From Hydrurus foetidus (taxonomy: Eukaryota), in assembly GCA_900617105.1 (NCBI GenBank), contig UYFQ01000180.1, positions 1-54,530 on the forward strand: a DNA stretch of 54,530 nt. Reading direction: 5' to 3'. Below the pieces are notes generated by a model that was given only the letters and a program-made list of their open reading frames with translations, had not been told where the DNA came from and searched no databases. Numbering within the stretch: position 1 is the first letter of the stretch; each line of letters opens with the position of its first letter. Below, one piece after another: positions 25,236 through 36,292 of this stretch. Made by a program: the position numbers and the translations under genes.

Positions 25236-25582
25236 GGACATTTACCTATACAAGCAAGCGCCATAAATGGATGTTGCTTCTGATGGGCATGCAAACAGGG
25301 GATGGACAATCAGGAATCAATACCGGACTGTATGTCACTCTGTTGCGCCAATTCTGTCTCTCTCTTTCTCTCGTCTGTCTCGTCTAATCCACTAGTCCAC
25401 ATCATCAGAAGGACAGCGATCAGTGAACAGAGAGAACACTCATCAAACTACAGTACAGCACAGCGGAGCTGAGCTGAGCTGAAGAACAGGCAGCCCTGAC
25501 TCTGATCGATACTGTTCCTTCATGCACTGCAGTACCGTACCGTGCATACGTGCCAAGTGGAGGGGGCTAAGAGCTGTTAGAT
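25236..25582. repeat. Inverted repeat B, right arm (immediately upstream of photolyase)
   Basis: Reverse complement of 21210-21555. Confidence 0.93.
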
Positions 25583-26549
25583 CCACATTCAATCGCATGT
25601 AAAACTAGACCCGACTTGACTAGACTAGATGATGAGTGAGAGGTGGCGGCTGTCCCGCAATTACGTATGATAGAACTGGCTTCCCGTACTTACATTACAG
25701 TATAAACAGCACTCTCACTCTCAGCACTGCACTGTGAGGCATGCGTGAGTGAATTGGTCCTACTCAGTTGTTGCGTACAATCATCAGATGAGAAGAGAGG
25801 GATGGAGATCTCTGAGTAGCCGGACAGCCATGCCGTCCCGGTGATCGACGGCCAGAATCCGGTTAAATAATGAACATGCAAATAAGAGACGAGAGGTAGA
25901 ATGAAGGTGCTCTATCTTGAAGTAACAGTACGGAGTACAGACTACAGAATAGAGAGTACAGAGTGCAGAATGGAAAATATAGACACAGACATTAGCTGTG
26001 CAACGTTGGTGGGATGTTGCATGAATATAAATCAGACTGTCTCAAAAGCGAGACTTGCACTGCACTGTGACAGCAGTCGAGGAATGAATTGAACGAAGAT
26101 GTGAAGGTGTGGCATGGCATGGCATGGCATGGCATGGCATGATCTGCACACAATTAGATGCGTCTTTTAGACAGATTCCTTTAGTTCCTTATCGGTGCCT
26201 CCACACGCATTAGACTTCTTTTCATTCCATTTCATGTCTTTTGTCCATTTGATCTTATGCCATATAATTCATTGCTCTCTAGGGGATAAAATGTAGGATC
26301 ATGACGAGCATACTCCGCCATTCATCAGACGCTAGCCCATCGACCTTCGTATCACTGTAACAGTAACTCACTTCTGCATGACGCTCATCCCGTCCATTTC
26401 TCCTATCCTCTTTCCTTGTCCTGGCGGAGAAGAGTTAGTGTTACTGAGTTGGACAGTATCTAGCAGGATTCAACCGGATCAGACCGCATAAATCCGGTCA
26501 CTCATCAGCAGTTGGATCCCGGATCTGATTCCTGAATCTGTATCTGTGA

Positions 26550-27136
26550 CTAGGCGGATAGTATCGCATGTACCGGTTCTGCTTCTGTCAGTGCGTCACT
26601 CGTAGAGGCACTCTCTCTCTCCATATCCATGACCATCCCCATCTTCATGTTCATGTTCGTCTCGATGAGTGTCTCAGTGACAGAGGTGATAACTGAGGGC
26701 AATGCACTGCCCGCGGGTATGTTACCCACCGCTGTTTGTATCATTTGCTGTGTGAGAGAGTCAAACATGATAGCAGTGCGGAACATATCCGGATGTCTGA
26801 ATGTCAGTGTGGGGTCAAGCTGCCTGCTGTTCGCCTGAAATATGAGATCATGCGCCATCGCTCCTTTGAACTCCACGCGTTGCCTCTGCAGCTGGGCCGT
26901 CTGTGAATTGTGAAGTGCAGGGTATTAGATGCGGAAGGCTTCCTTCTTGTGCATTGTGAGAGCAGAATGAATGGCCCGCTTAGTAATGAAGCTTCCCATC
27001 GCGATCAAAACATATTTTCGATAACACGACACTTTCCTTTGTTGCATATGTCTGATCGTATAAATGCGTGTGTGTGTTCACGCTTTCAAATGCGTCTGCT
27101 CGTGCGAGAGCACAAGTCTGGCACATTGTTTGAGAT

Positions 27137-27213
<77 letters not shown>

Positions 27214-30200
27214 TCATGTGAATGCGCATGAGTGCATGAATGTATCTGTGTGTAGAAGCCTATGCCTCACTTCATACGCACCGAAAGTGAGCCATATTTT
27301 GTCACCAAATCTCTCACTTCAACAGGCCCGCCATTCGCCCAGTCAGGAAACAAACTGTTGCTGCTGCTTTGAGAGGCAGAGCTTTGAATTTTCTGTGCAG
27401 CCCGTCTGACAGTGTCACCTAGGGCACGACACACCTCCGTTACGAAGAGGGCCTTGAGTCGGTCCTGTTGGATGCATATCGATCCCAGGCATTGCAAGGC
27501 TCCAACACCCAAGGAGAGAAAAGAGGAAGAAGAAGAGGAGGAAGAAGGTGTGCTTCTCGCTGAATTCGCTGACAGTGACTGGTCTCTGCGATGCACCTCA
27601 GACCACTCAATGGCCTCTGATCTCGCTAGTTGTCTGCACGCGTCCACCCAATTCATTTCCAATTTGTTGAACTCTTCGATGAGTGCCAGGCAAGGAGGAC
27701 AAGGCAGTAAAATCGGCTGCAATAGTATTCGTGTACATTTGGTGAGAATGAGATTAGATGTCAATAGGAGTAGGGATGTTGAAGTTAAAATTGAAGCAGA
27801 GTTCAATGCAATACTAAACTCACATGCACTACTGTGGACTCTTCTACCAGAGGGATTCTGGGTGCTGCGTTGTGCATTATCAACACACCCTCCTTGGCTG
27901 GTACAGGAGGGACTGCCTCTGTCACGGCAGCTCCAGCTGATGTGGCTGCCCCCATCCCAGCCGCTGTTGCTGTTGAACGGGGCGTGACTGCAAGCACTTG
28001 AGAAGACTTAGCAGCACCGCTCACTATGTTAGAGATGTCCGTACTGGTAACAGCACGCATCCTCTTCAAGCCCTTTCTAAAGGCAGAGTCGGTACTTGGA
28101 CTCCCACTGTACGCTGTCTTGGAGCTGATGAGGCGATAGATAGAAGCCTCAGGGGATATGGTTGGCTGGTTACGAACCAGTGATGGACAGGGTAGGGCGG
28201 GAGTGTCAAAGTCTCCCTGGTCATCTGACCCCTCGTCCCTGTTTGGGGGGCGGGACTTTACCCCTGTGGATTTCACCAACAGAGCAGAACTGGGATGAGT
28301 CTTGCTGAGGGGAGGCCTGCCTGGAGTGTGCTTTACCTGCGATGACTCTGGAAGGCATTTGTTGAGGGCAATCGAGTTAAAGTTACTGTTTAACGATTCA
28401 TTAATGATGGTGGCAATCATGTCGGCATTTCGCTGATTCACTCGGTGCAATGCGGCTACCTGATTGCTTCAAAGTTGTCGTCGGACCTATTTTCTTCATG
28501 ACTGAAGAACCTAGATGAGGTCGCTGTGTGCCTTGCCCCACTCCTTGTCCTTGCACTGGAGGCCATGAGGTGCACACAGTCAGTGGACTGGTATCGCCAT
28601 TTGAGCTCTTTACAATGGGAGGCAGAGAAGAGGGTTCCAGGACTGATATTGCCGGTACTTTTTCGATGATAATTTCCGTCTCATTCTGATTTTTCTTTGA
28701 TACCAAGTAAGTGGACGCGGCAAATACAGACCCCGTATATGGGACGGACGGATCCGTGTCCTTGGAGGTCATGCGGAGGGGTACAGGAGAGCTGTCGTGG
28801 TAGTATCCCCAGCTGCTCCATGATGAAGCGTCTGTGCTCGCTAGAGCTGTGCTCTTTACTTCATCAGGAGCAACATCTTATAAGAGAGTATAAGTAATCG
28901 GTCGGTCAGTCAGTCAGTCAGTCAGTCAGTCAGTCAGTCAGTCAGTCAGTCAGTCAGTCAGTCAGTCAGTCAGTCAGTCAGTCAGTCAGTCAGTCAGTCA
29001 GTCAGTCAGTCAGTCAGTCAGTCAGTCAGTCAGTCAGTCAGTCAGTCAGTCAGTCAGTCAGTCAGTCAGTCAGTCAGTCAGTGGGTGAATGAAAACGTCA
29101 GTGAGTCAGTCGATCTCTACGTCACAGTTACCGGATAGTTTGTAGACACTGATGCTGGTGTATGCAGCACCAGACGGGCAGCTACTGCTATTAACTTTGA
29201 GAGCTCGAAGCAGTACGACATCTCCGTCCCTCCCCACTCTCCTCAAGTTCCAGGCTCTCTCCACTTCAGGGTCTCTTTGAAGTGACGAAAACTCCGCTAG
29301 ACATGGAGCAATTTCTCGTACTTCGCTGTTGTGAAAGTACATGACACCTCCGTCAGTGCACAACACAAGGGCATGACGAGCATCTGATGTTCCGATGACG
29401 TCGTCAATCTGACGCATCATTCGCTTTCTGCGTTGGCCATTGTCATCCTGAATGCTCCTCTCGGGTATCTCATATGCGTCTCTGTTGGCCTCCTTGGGTG
29501 CTCCAATCTTCACCACCGCAAAATTGTACATCCCTCCAAACGCAAAATCTCCCAGAAGCGATTTAACGTCAACGCTGTTAGGGATGTCTTCGTATGATGG
29601 TCGTACTGACGTGTCTGACTCAAAGTGGCGCAAGTTCCAGACTCTCAAGTTCGCTCCCTGAGACTTTGACAACATCTCATGTCCGCCATTGCGGAATTCA
29701 ATGCACTCTATTGTGTTTCCATTAGTCGACACATCGTACATGCAAGTCCACTGCTGTGGGCTTTCCGGACAAAATTGCCAGATGTGCAGCAATCTCGCTC
29801 TCCCACACACGAGTCGGTAGGTTCCTCTGGAACTGCCGTCCTTAGGATATGACACACGGGCAGCATTCCCGAAGCCTCTGAGTTTGGGATCGAAATGACT
29901 GTAGACAGTGATCAGCTCCGCATTGACTTCCAGGTTTGGCTTTGTAACATCGCCCAGAAAGCTAGAGTCAACGGGAAGGCGGCCCATGTCGATCGCAAGA
30001 ATCTCACTGCTCCCAGTCATCACGCCACCAAAACAGAACCGACAATCCTCAGTTATTTTGACGGTCAACAGCAGATTCGTATGGAGTCCTTTGGCATGAA
30101 TGTGGCCCACCAAAACTCCGCGATGGTCAAATATGACCGTACTGAAAAGTATTATCATACCATTGCTGCAACCCACCAGAAGGTAACCACCATGAGCCGA

Positions 30201-30395
30201 AATGTCAATCGAAGTTACCTCAACATTTGACTCTGCGATTTTAAAATGCTTGGAGAATTTTCCACTCTGTAAAGTGGGGAGAGGAAACGATGTTACTTTT
30301 TGTCCAAAAACTGATTTCAAGCTTGGATAGATCGCTTTCAGATCGGAAATAATCTCCTCCTTCGTCATGTCCTCTACAACCTTCTGCACCTCCAT
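26550..30395 (-). CDS. WD40/beta-propeller protein with low-complexity middle and helical C-terminus, multi-exon, function unknown
   Basis: WD-like blades VTSIDISAHGGYLLVGCSNGMIILF, LHIWQF, IECIEFRNGGHEMLSKSQGANLRVWNL. Downstream exons about 28878-27824, 27716-27282, 26901-26550. One apparent frameshift near 28460. Confidence 0.7.
27140..27212. repeat. (TG)n microsatellite, intronic
   Basis: Direct reading. Confidence 0.97.
28905..29082. repeat. (CAGT)n microsatellite, intronic
   Basis: Direct reading; near-perfect run of ~44 units. Confidence 0.97.
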
Positions 30396-31254
30396 CCTAG
30401 GAATGTCGCTCTCGATTGGTGCCTCTCTATCTTGATAGGCAGAACCTACAGTGTGATTAGGACAGGAGACAGCACCACAAGTAGTGTCCCACAGCAAGTG
30501 CTAGATGCTAGATATTTGAAAAATAAATTCATTTCAAATTTTTGAAATTTGAACAAATTAATTACAAATGTGTGAAGCGGACAGCGACTTAAGACTGTGC
30601 ATTTTCGACTTAAATTATTGGGAAAATAGGCCAAAATTGTACACTAAAATTGCAAACTTCCGTACATACTGTACGTACATCGTACAAGGGTCTAGAGTCT
30701 AGAGTAGGGTGCCTATTTAAGAGCAGCTCTCCAAGATTAATTCCAGCACACGGAATATCAGGCCCCACCGGTATCTGAGTGCATATTTGAACTCGCGTTG
30801 ATCTCTAGAAAATTCACATATACTTAACTGATCTATCCGCTAACTGGAAAGGCATAATAATTGGGGGGTCTAAAACACTGTTCAAATCGTGCTCTTAATT
30901 AGGATTATGTCACTCAAAATGACGCTTATAAGCCTACTTTCAATATGGTTTGCAGTTTGTTGACTAGTGTTTTTTATTGCATTAGAAGTGCTGATATATT
31001 AGACCTTAAACCGTGAATAAAAGAGGATAAGAGCCGCATGCATTGAACGGTAGGAGCGGTTGTTCCCGGCCAAATTGCCCCGTTGGTTGCGCACTTCTCT
31101 GATCCACTATCTATCGTCATCTCCACATCGGTTAAAAGTCGAAGCGATAAGTCAATTGAGTCGTAGCGTAAAAGTCGAAGCGATAAGTCATTTGAGTTGT
31201 AGCGTCAGTTTGAACTTCTCGGCAATGTCTGTCTCAATCAATCCCTTCAGTATC

Positions 31255-33175
31255 ATGATGGCTGCGTCCAAGACAACAAACAAGAAAGCAACACCCGTCC
31301 AAGAAGCACCGCTGGTACGCAAAGCAAAGAGAGGAAGACCTCCACTAGTGAAGTTGCCGTCTGAGCCTCTTGTTCCGTTCGCTACGATGGGTTCAAAGTC
31401 AACCAAAGATGTTCCTACTTCGAGGAGAAACTACGACTCCGGCATCTCAAAAGAGGTCATGAACAACGCCCTCAAAGCAGCGATTCAGTGCAGAGGACAT
31501 CACATGGCAAGGACAGCGATGATTTACGGCGTGAGCCGTAAGTCGTTAGACATAAGATACGAGTCATATCGATCGAACAATCATGAATCAGGTAGGCCTG
31601 AAAAATGTTAGAATTTTTCAAGCTGTCACTTTTCAGGTTTAACGCAGAAAAGAAGTTCACCTCGCAAACTTTCTCTTGCAGTGAAATCCAAGCGTGGATC
31701 TCGGACGACTCTTAATGAAGAGGTGGAACGAAAGCTTGCCCTCTTCTGTCGCTACATGGCGTCATGCAATCTTGCGATTGATCGGACTCAACTCGCCATT
31801 TCGGCACTGAAATTAGCTAGCGCCTGTGGGATACAAACCTTCAAGGCCTCCAACAGTTGGGTGACAGACTTCATGGAGCGACACAAGCTTATTCAGCGGC
31901 TATGCCAGCCATGGGAACACGCGAGACAAGCGCACACCAACAAAACTCTTCTCGGAGAATTCTTCTCTGTTCTTCAGCAAGCCATTGCACGATGCGAGGA
32001 GAAGTCGAATGAGAAATTGACAGCGAGCGAAGTTTTCAATCTCGATGAGACGGGCTTCGATCGCAACATAGCGAAGAATAGAATGGTCATCGTTCGAAAG
32101 CACATCGGGAGAGTCCGAAGTTTATCGTCAGGTAGCGGAGCTCACGTAACGATGGTGAACACTATCAGTGCAGCGGGTGTCGCACTAAAACCGTTTTTCA
32201 TTATGAAGGGTGAAATAAGGCCAAAAAACGGTGTCAAAGGCGTGAACAACTTTGGCAACTTGAGCGTCGGGACCGATGAAGTGGGATCACCATTCTGCAT
32301 GCAGGCATCAGCTTATGTTGACGATGCCAATTGGACAAAGACGATTTCACCGTGGATTATTACTGAAATGCGAAATCTATTGCCACCCGATAAGCGGAAT
32401 ACAAAATGGCAGATCCTCGTCCTTGACGGTTGCATCAGTCACACTATGACTTTCGAGGCTCTTCAACAGTTTCTAGATGCTCGTATTTCTATCGTTGGAA
32501 TGCCCTCTCACACATCTGCAGATCTACAGCCTCTAGATGTTTCTGTTTTTAAATCAGTAAAAAGTGCAACTTCTCAATTCTACCGTGATCAACTTCTGGA
32601 GAATTTTCAAAATTCAGAGGGAATGAAAATTGAGTACTGGAGTTTGCCGGATATTCTTTACAAAGGATGGGTAAAAGGAGCTTCAAAGGAAAATTGTATT
32701 TCTGGATTTCGTTCTACGGGAATCTGGCCGTTGAATATGAATTGGGTTGTTGACAAAGCAGAAGTCCTTGCGCCATCATTACTATTCTACAAATCAGCAA
32801 GTGTGGCTCCAGAGGTAGATGGTGCAGATGCTGAGGATGAGTGGGAGGAGGCTGAATATGAGAGTACAATTGTACATAGTGAGAGTCTGATAATTTCAAT
32901 GAGTACTGTTGAGAATATCTCTTTGCACTCTTCTACCGCTTCAGCCACATCGTTGTTGTCATCTCGTTCGCTGCCTTTTCCGGAAGACTGTTATGCATTT
33001 GCCTCGTCATCTCGCTCAAAAGCTGCGCCAAGATCCTATTCTGCTGCTGCTGCTCATTACTATGAATCTCCTTCTCTTCCTCATTCCTCTTCATCTTCTT
33101 TATCTTCTGCTTCTTCTTCTTTACCTTCTTCTTTCTCATCTTCTTCATCTTCTTCTTCATCTTCTTTCTTCTTCT

Positions 33176-33216
<41 letters not shown>

Positions 33217-34356
33217 TTCTTCTTCTTCATCTTCATCTTCGTCATCTTCTTCTTCTTCTTCTTCATCTTCGTCATCTTCTTCTTCTTCTTCATCTTCTTC
33301 TTTATCATCTTTATCTTCTTCATCTCCCTCTTTCACTTCAACCGCAAAAGCTTCTACCTCTTCGTTGTCGACGTCACCAAATTTTGCTGTATCCAAATCT
33401 TCGTCGGATTCTACAGAGCTTACTATCGATGAGATGATGAGCTACATGAGTGCTGGAAATGCTGCAGAAGTTATCACCTTGACAAGTGACGAAGTTAAGA
33501 AACGGATTGCCGTTGCTGTAACAAGTGTGCTACGTGAAAGGAATCCAACCATTTCAGAGGGATCTGTGGCGAAGGCACTCTTTACTGGATGTGCAATAGT
33601 TTGTACCGTGGGAAATGTGCTTAGAGTTCCGACGAAGGATGATGTGGCCGCCAGAGTAGCAGAGAACAACGATAAGAAGAAACCAAGACTTAATGGTGTT
33701 GGGGAAAGGCAGTCGACTGCGAAAATTCTTAATAGCGAAGAGCGACTTCAGAAGGGAGCTGTACATGATGCTGCTAAGAGCGATGAGTTAAGGACTAAGG
33801 AAGCAAAAGAGAATGAGAAGCTAGAGCGGAGACAGCTGGAGTTTCCTCTTCTTCAGAAATGCAAAGAATTAGCGTTAACTGCAATTGTACCCCACAGCAA
33901 AGCTGGTCACGTATACAGTCTACTGAAAGGAGAGCTAGTTGCTCTGTTGATTAAAATGGGTCTAGAGTCTGATTGTAAAAGTGCACGAAGAAGAAGCATA
34001 ACAATTTGAATCGAACGGAGCTAGGAGACTACCTCCTATCTAAAATCAAAAATACAGAACAAATTGTCGCAGTAATGGTTGGTTCCACGCTTGATACGGC
34101 TGTTGTCGTGCGAGAGACTCCTGCAGCAATCAACTTGGAACTACCAGCAGCCGTGATTGACTTCGTAGCAGCCACATATGAAGAACTAAGTAATCATCTG
34201 TATAGTAAGTACAGTAGTAATCACACTGAAATAGCCTCTTGCTTACCCTCGATAGAAGACAGAAATTTGTTGCATACGTTCTACCTCAATGCATCAGAAA
34301 ATGATAAATTTCTAATAGATGCAGTTTGGTACAAGCACCGTCACTTCAAAATTTGA
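31255..34356 (+). pseudogene. pogo-family transposase (HTH, CENP-B-type HTH, DDE_1; DD36D) with long C-terminal extension; one intron and two frameshifts
   Basis: ARTAMIYGVSRKSL (HTH); FKASNSWVTDFMERH; catalytic FNLDETG, LVLDGCISH, LQPLDVSVFK. Intron donor at 31592. Frameshifts in the TCT run (~33165) and at ~33985. Confidence 0.88.
33080..33330 (+). repeat. (TCT/TCA)n trinucleotide expansion encoding poly-Ser within the transposase
   Basis: Direct reading. Confidence 0.95.
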
Positions 34357-34892
34357 AAACTTAATTTTTTTATTAAATGAGTATTTTTGCAAATTTGCTA
34401 TTTTTTCAGGGCTACTAATAGATCTCGATGGCAATGTTGTCAGAGTGCAATTGTATTTGTGCAACAGACTCGCTAAATCATCAATTAAGAGCCATCTTAA
34501 AAGAAAAAATTATGGGAAAAAAAATGCTCTTAAATCGGATTTAGGAAACAATAGGCACCCCACTCTAGAGGGTCGGTGAGAGATGTGAGAGGCGTCCGTG
34601 ACTGAGGGTTGCTGCTTGCTACTGCGCAGTTATCTCTTTGATCTATTCTGCAGAGTTGGGAGATGATTGTCCGACTAAACGCACGCAGAAATTGGAGACG
34701 GCAACTATAGCTTTGCATATTTTGTCAATTTCCCTTCTCCCAGCTGATCAAAAAATTGAGCTATCGTGCGGTAATTCTGGGTCAGCGACTTTAAGCGATT
34801 TGAGTATGAATGTCGAATAGTGGCAAGCTCACATAAAACAGCATTGAACTTGAGCACTTCAAACAGCTGCGATCGCTTGAACGGATTTTCTC

Positions 34893-35782
34893 ATGGAATT
34901 TTCCCTCTCGAGGCAAATTGGTATTGCAGCTATTCTAGTGGGGCCTTACAGTTTACACAAAAGCACCAGAGATGGCGAGGTCTGGGGAGAAGACGACTTC
35001 TTTTTCATAGTCGTTTGTTTTGTTGTATCCTTTTACCCTTACCTCAGCAAAAAAAGTAAATACTACACCATTTCAGGTGAGGTCCTTAGCTATAATTCTG
35101 ATGACAAGTAGTCGCTGGCACTAAGTACTAGAAATCTGTTTATCACTGAACAGATATTAGACCAAGACCGTGGTCGGACACCTTGATAACGACTTCTCTC
35201 GTCTACTTCCTTCCGGCTATTTATGGTGTTATTGTCGGAGAGTACCACATGGCATTTCTGTGCTTCGTAACGTGCGTGGGATCATCCATTTATCACCGTA
35301 ATCGGGAGGCGATATACTTCAACTTGGACAACGTCTTCGCAACATCTCTTCTAGTATCTTACTGCTGGTCGCTGTATATGTCCTATGACTCTTATGATGC
35401 GTACTTCAAGTTCGGGCTTATCGGAATTCCCGTGGCTATTTTCCTTCTCGCATACTGTGGGATGCCCGCTGAGATCGCGCTGACAGAGAAGACAGGGTCA
35501 TCACTCTTCTGCTGCGTGCGCTCTGATCGTCCTCTTTATAACTCTGTCCATGCTATATGGCACTTAGCAAGTGGATGCGGACCTCTGCTCTCTGTGTGGC
35601 TATTCGCCACCCTTTCACAGGCACATGACAGACAGGATGGGTCATCGCAGCGGATGGTCATGGGGTCGGTTGATGGTCTCTTCGGCTGGCCCGCCCTGCC
35701 TTTGGTCCCTTCTGTGGCCCTTATCTGTGGGGTGCTGCTGAATGTGACGGGAAACATACTCGGAGTCATGCCCATGGAGTGA
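34893..35782 (+). CDS. CREST-superfamily multipass membrane protein (TMEM8/PGAP3/alkaline ceramidase-like), 2 exons (intron 35077-35153)
   Basis: Multiple hydrophobic helices with the CREST metal-binding pattern S-x-x-Y-H (SSIYH), D (LDN) and H-x-x-W-H (HAIWH). Splice phases consistent. Confidence 0.75.
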
Positions 35783-36292
35783 GACGGACAGAGTGAGAAA
35801 GAGAGTAACAGTGAGCAAGATGGGGACAGAGAGAGAGACAGTGTGAGAGAGAGAAGGGACGGAAACGGACAAGACATGAGATAAATTCTCACTGATATTA
35901 AGATCTAGATGGTGACAGCCTAATTAAATCGAATTGACGTTCCGCTGCATAGTGTCACAAACAGGGAGTGAGGGCTAGTGAACGGGAAAAAAACACAGTA
36001 TCTCTTCCACCGCTACTAGTCTGTCTCGCAGAGTAGATAGTAACTTCTGAGAAGCAAGCTGATGGCAGCTGCTCCGCTGCACTGTGCACGCCTTGTCTGA
36101 TCGTTGCCGCGTATAGTTGAATGCACAGAATATCTCACAGGAAATCAAGTGTGATTATGATGCGTCTGACTGACTTCATTTACAAATGTGCAGTGTAATT
36201 GTAATATAAAACCATTCTTAGCGACATTCTTCGCTCAAGATTTCCATCATGTTCATCTAAGCAAAATTACAAAATGTTACTCATCGCTGCTA

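Larger units (their letters stand above)
30700..34567 (+). mobile_element. pogo/Fot1-like (Tc1/mariner superfamily) DNA transposon with both TIRs and TA duplication
   Basis: Left TA-GAGTAGGGTGCCTATT (30700-30717), right AATAGGCACCCCACTC-TA (34550-34567), 15/16 inverted match; subterminal TTAAGAGC motifs at both ends; internal DDE transposase. Confidence 0.9.

Noticed and set aside
32933..33396. Poly-Lys and poly-Glu ORFs on the minus strand; poly-Phe tail on the plus strand
   Set aside because: Alternative frames of the TCT expansion in the transposase.
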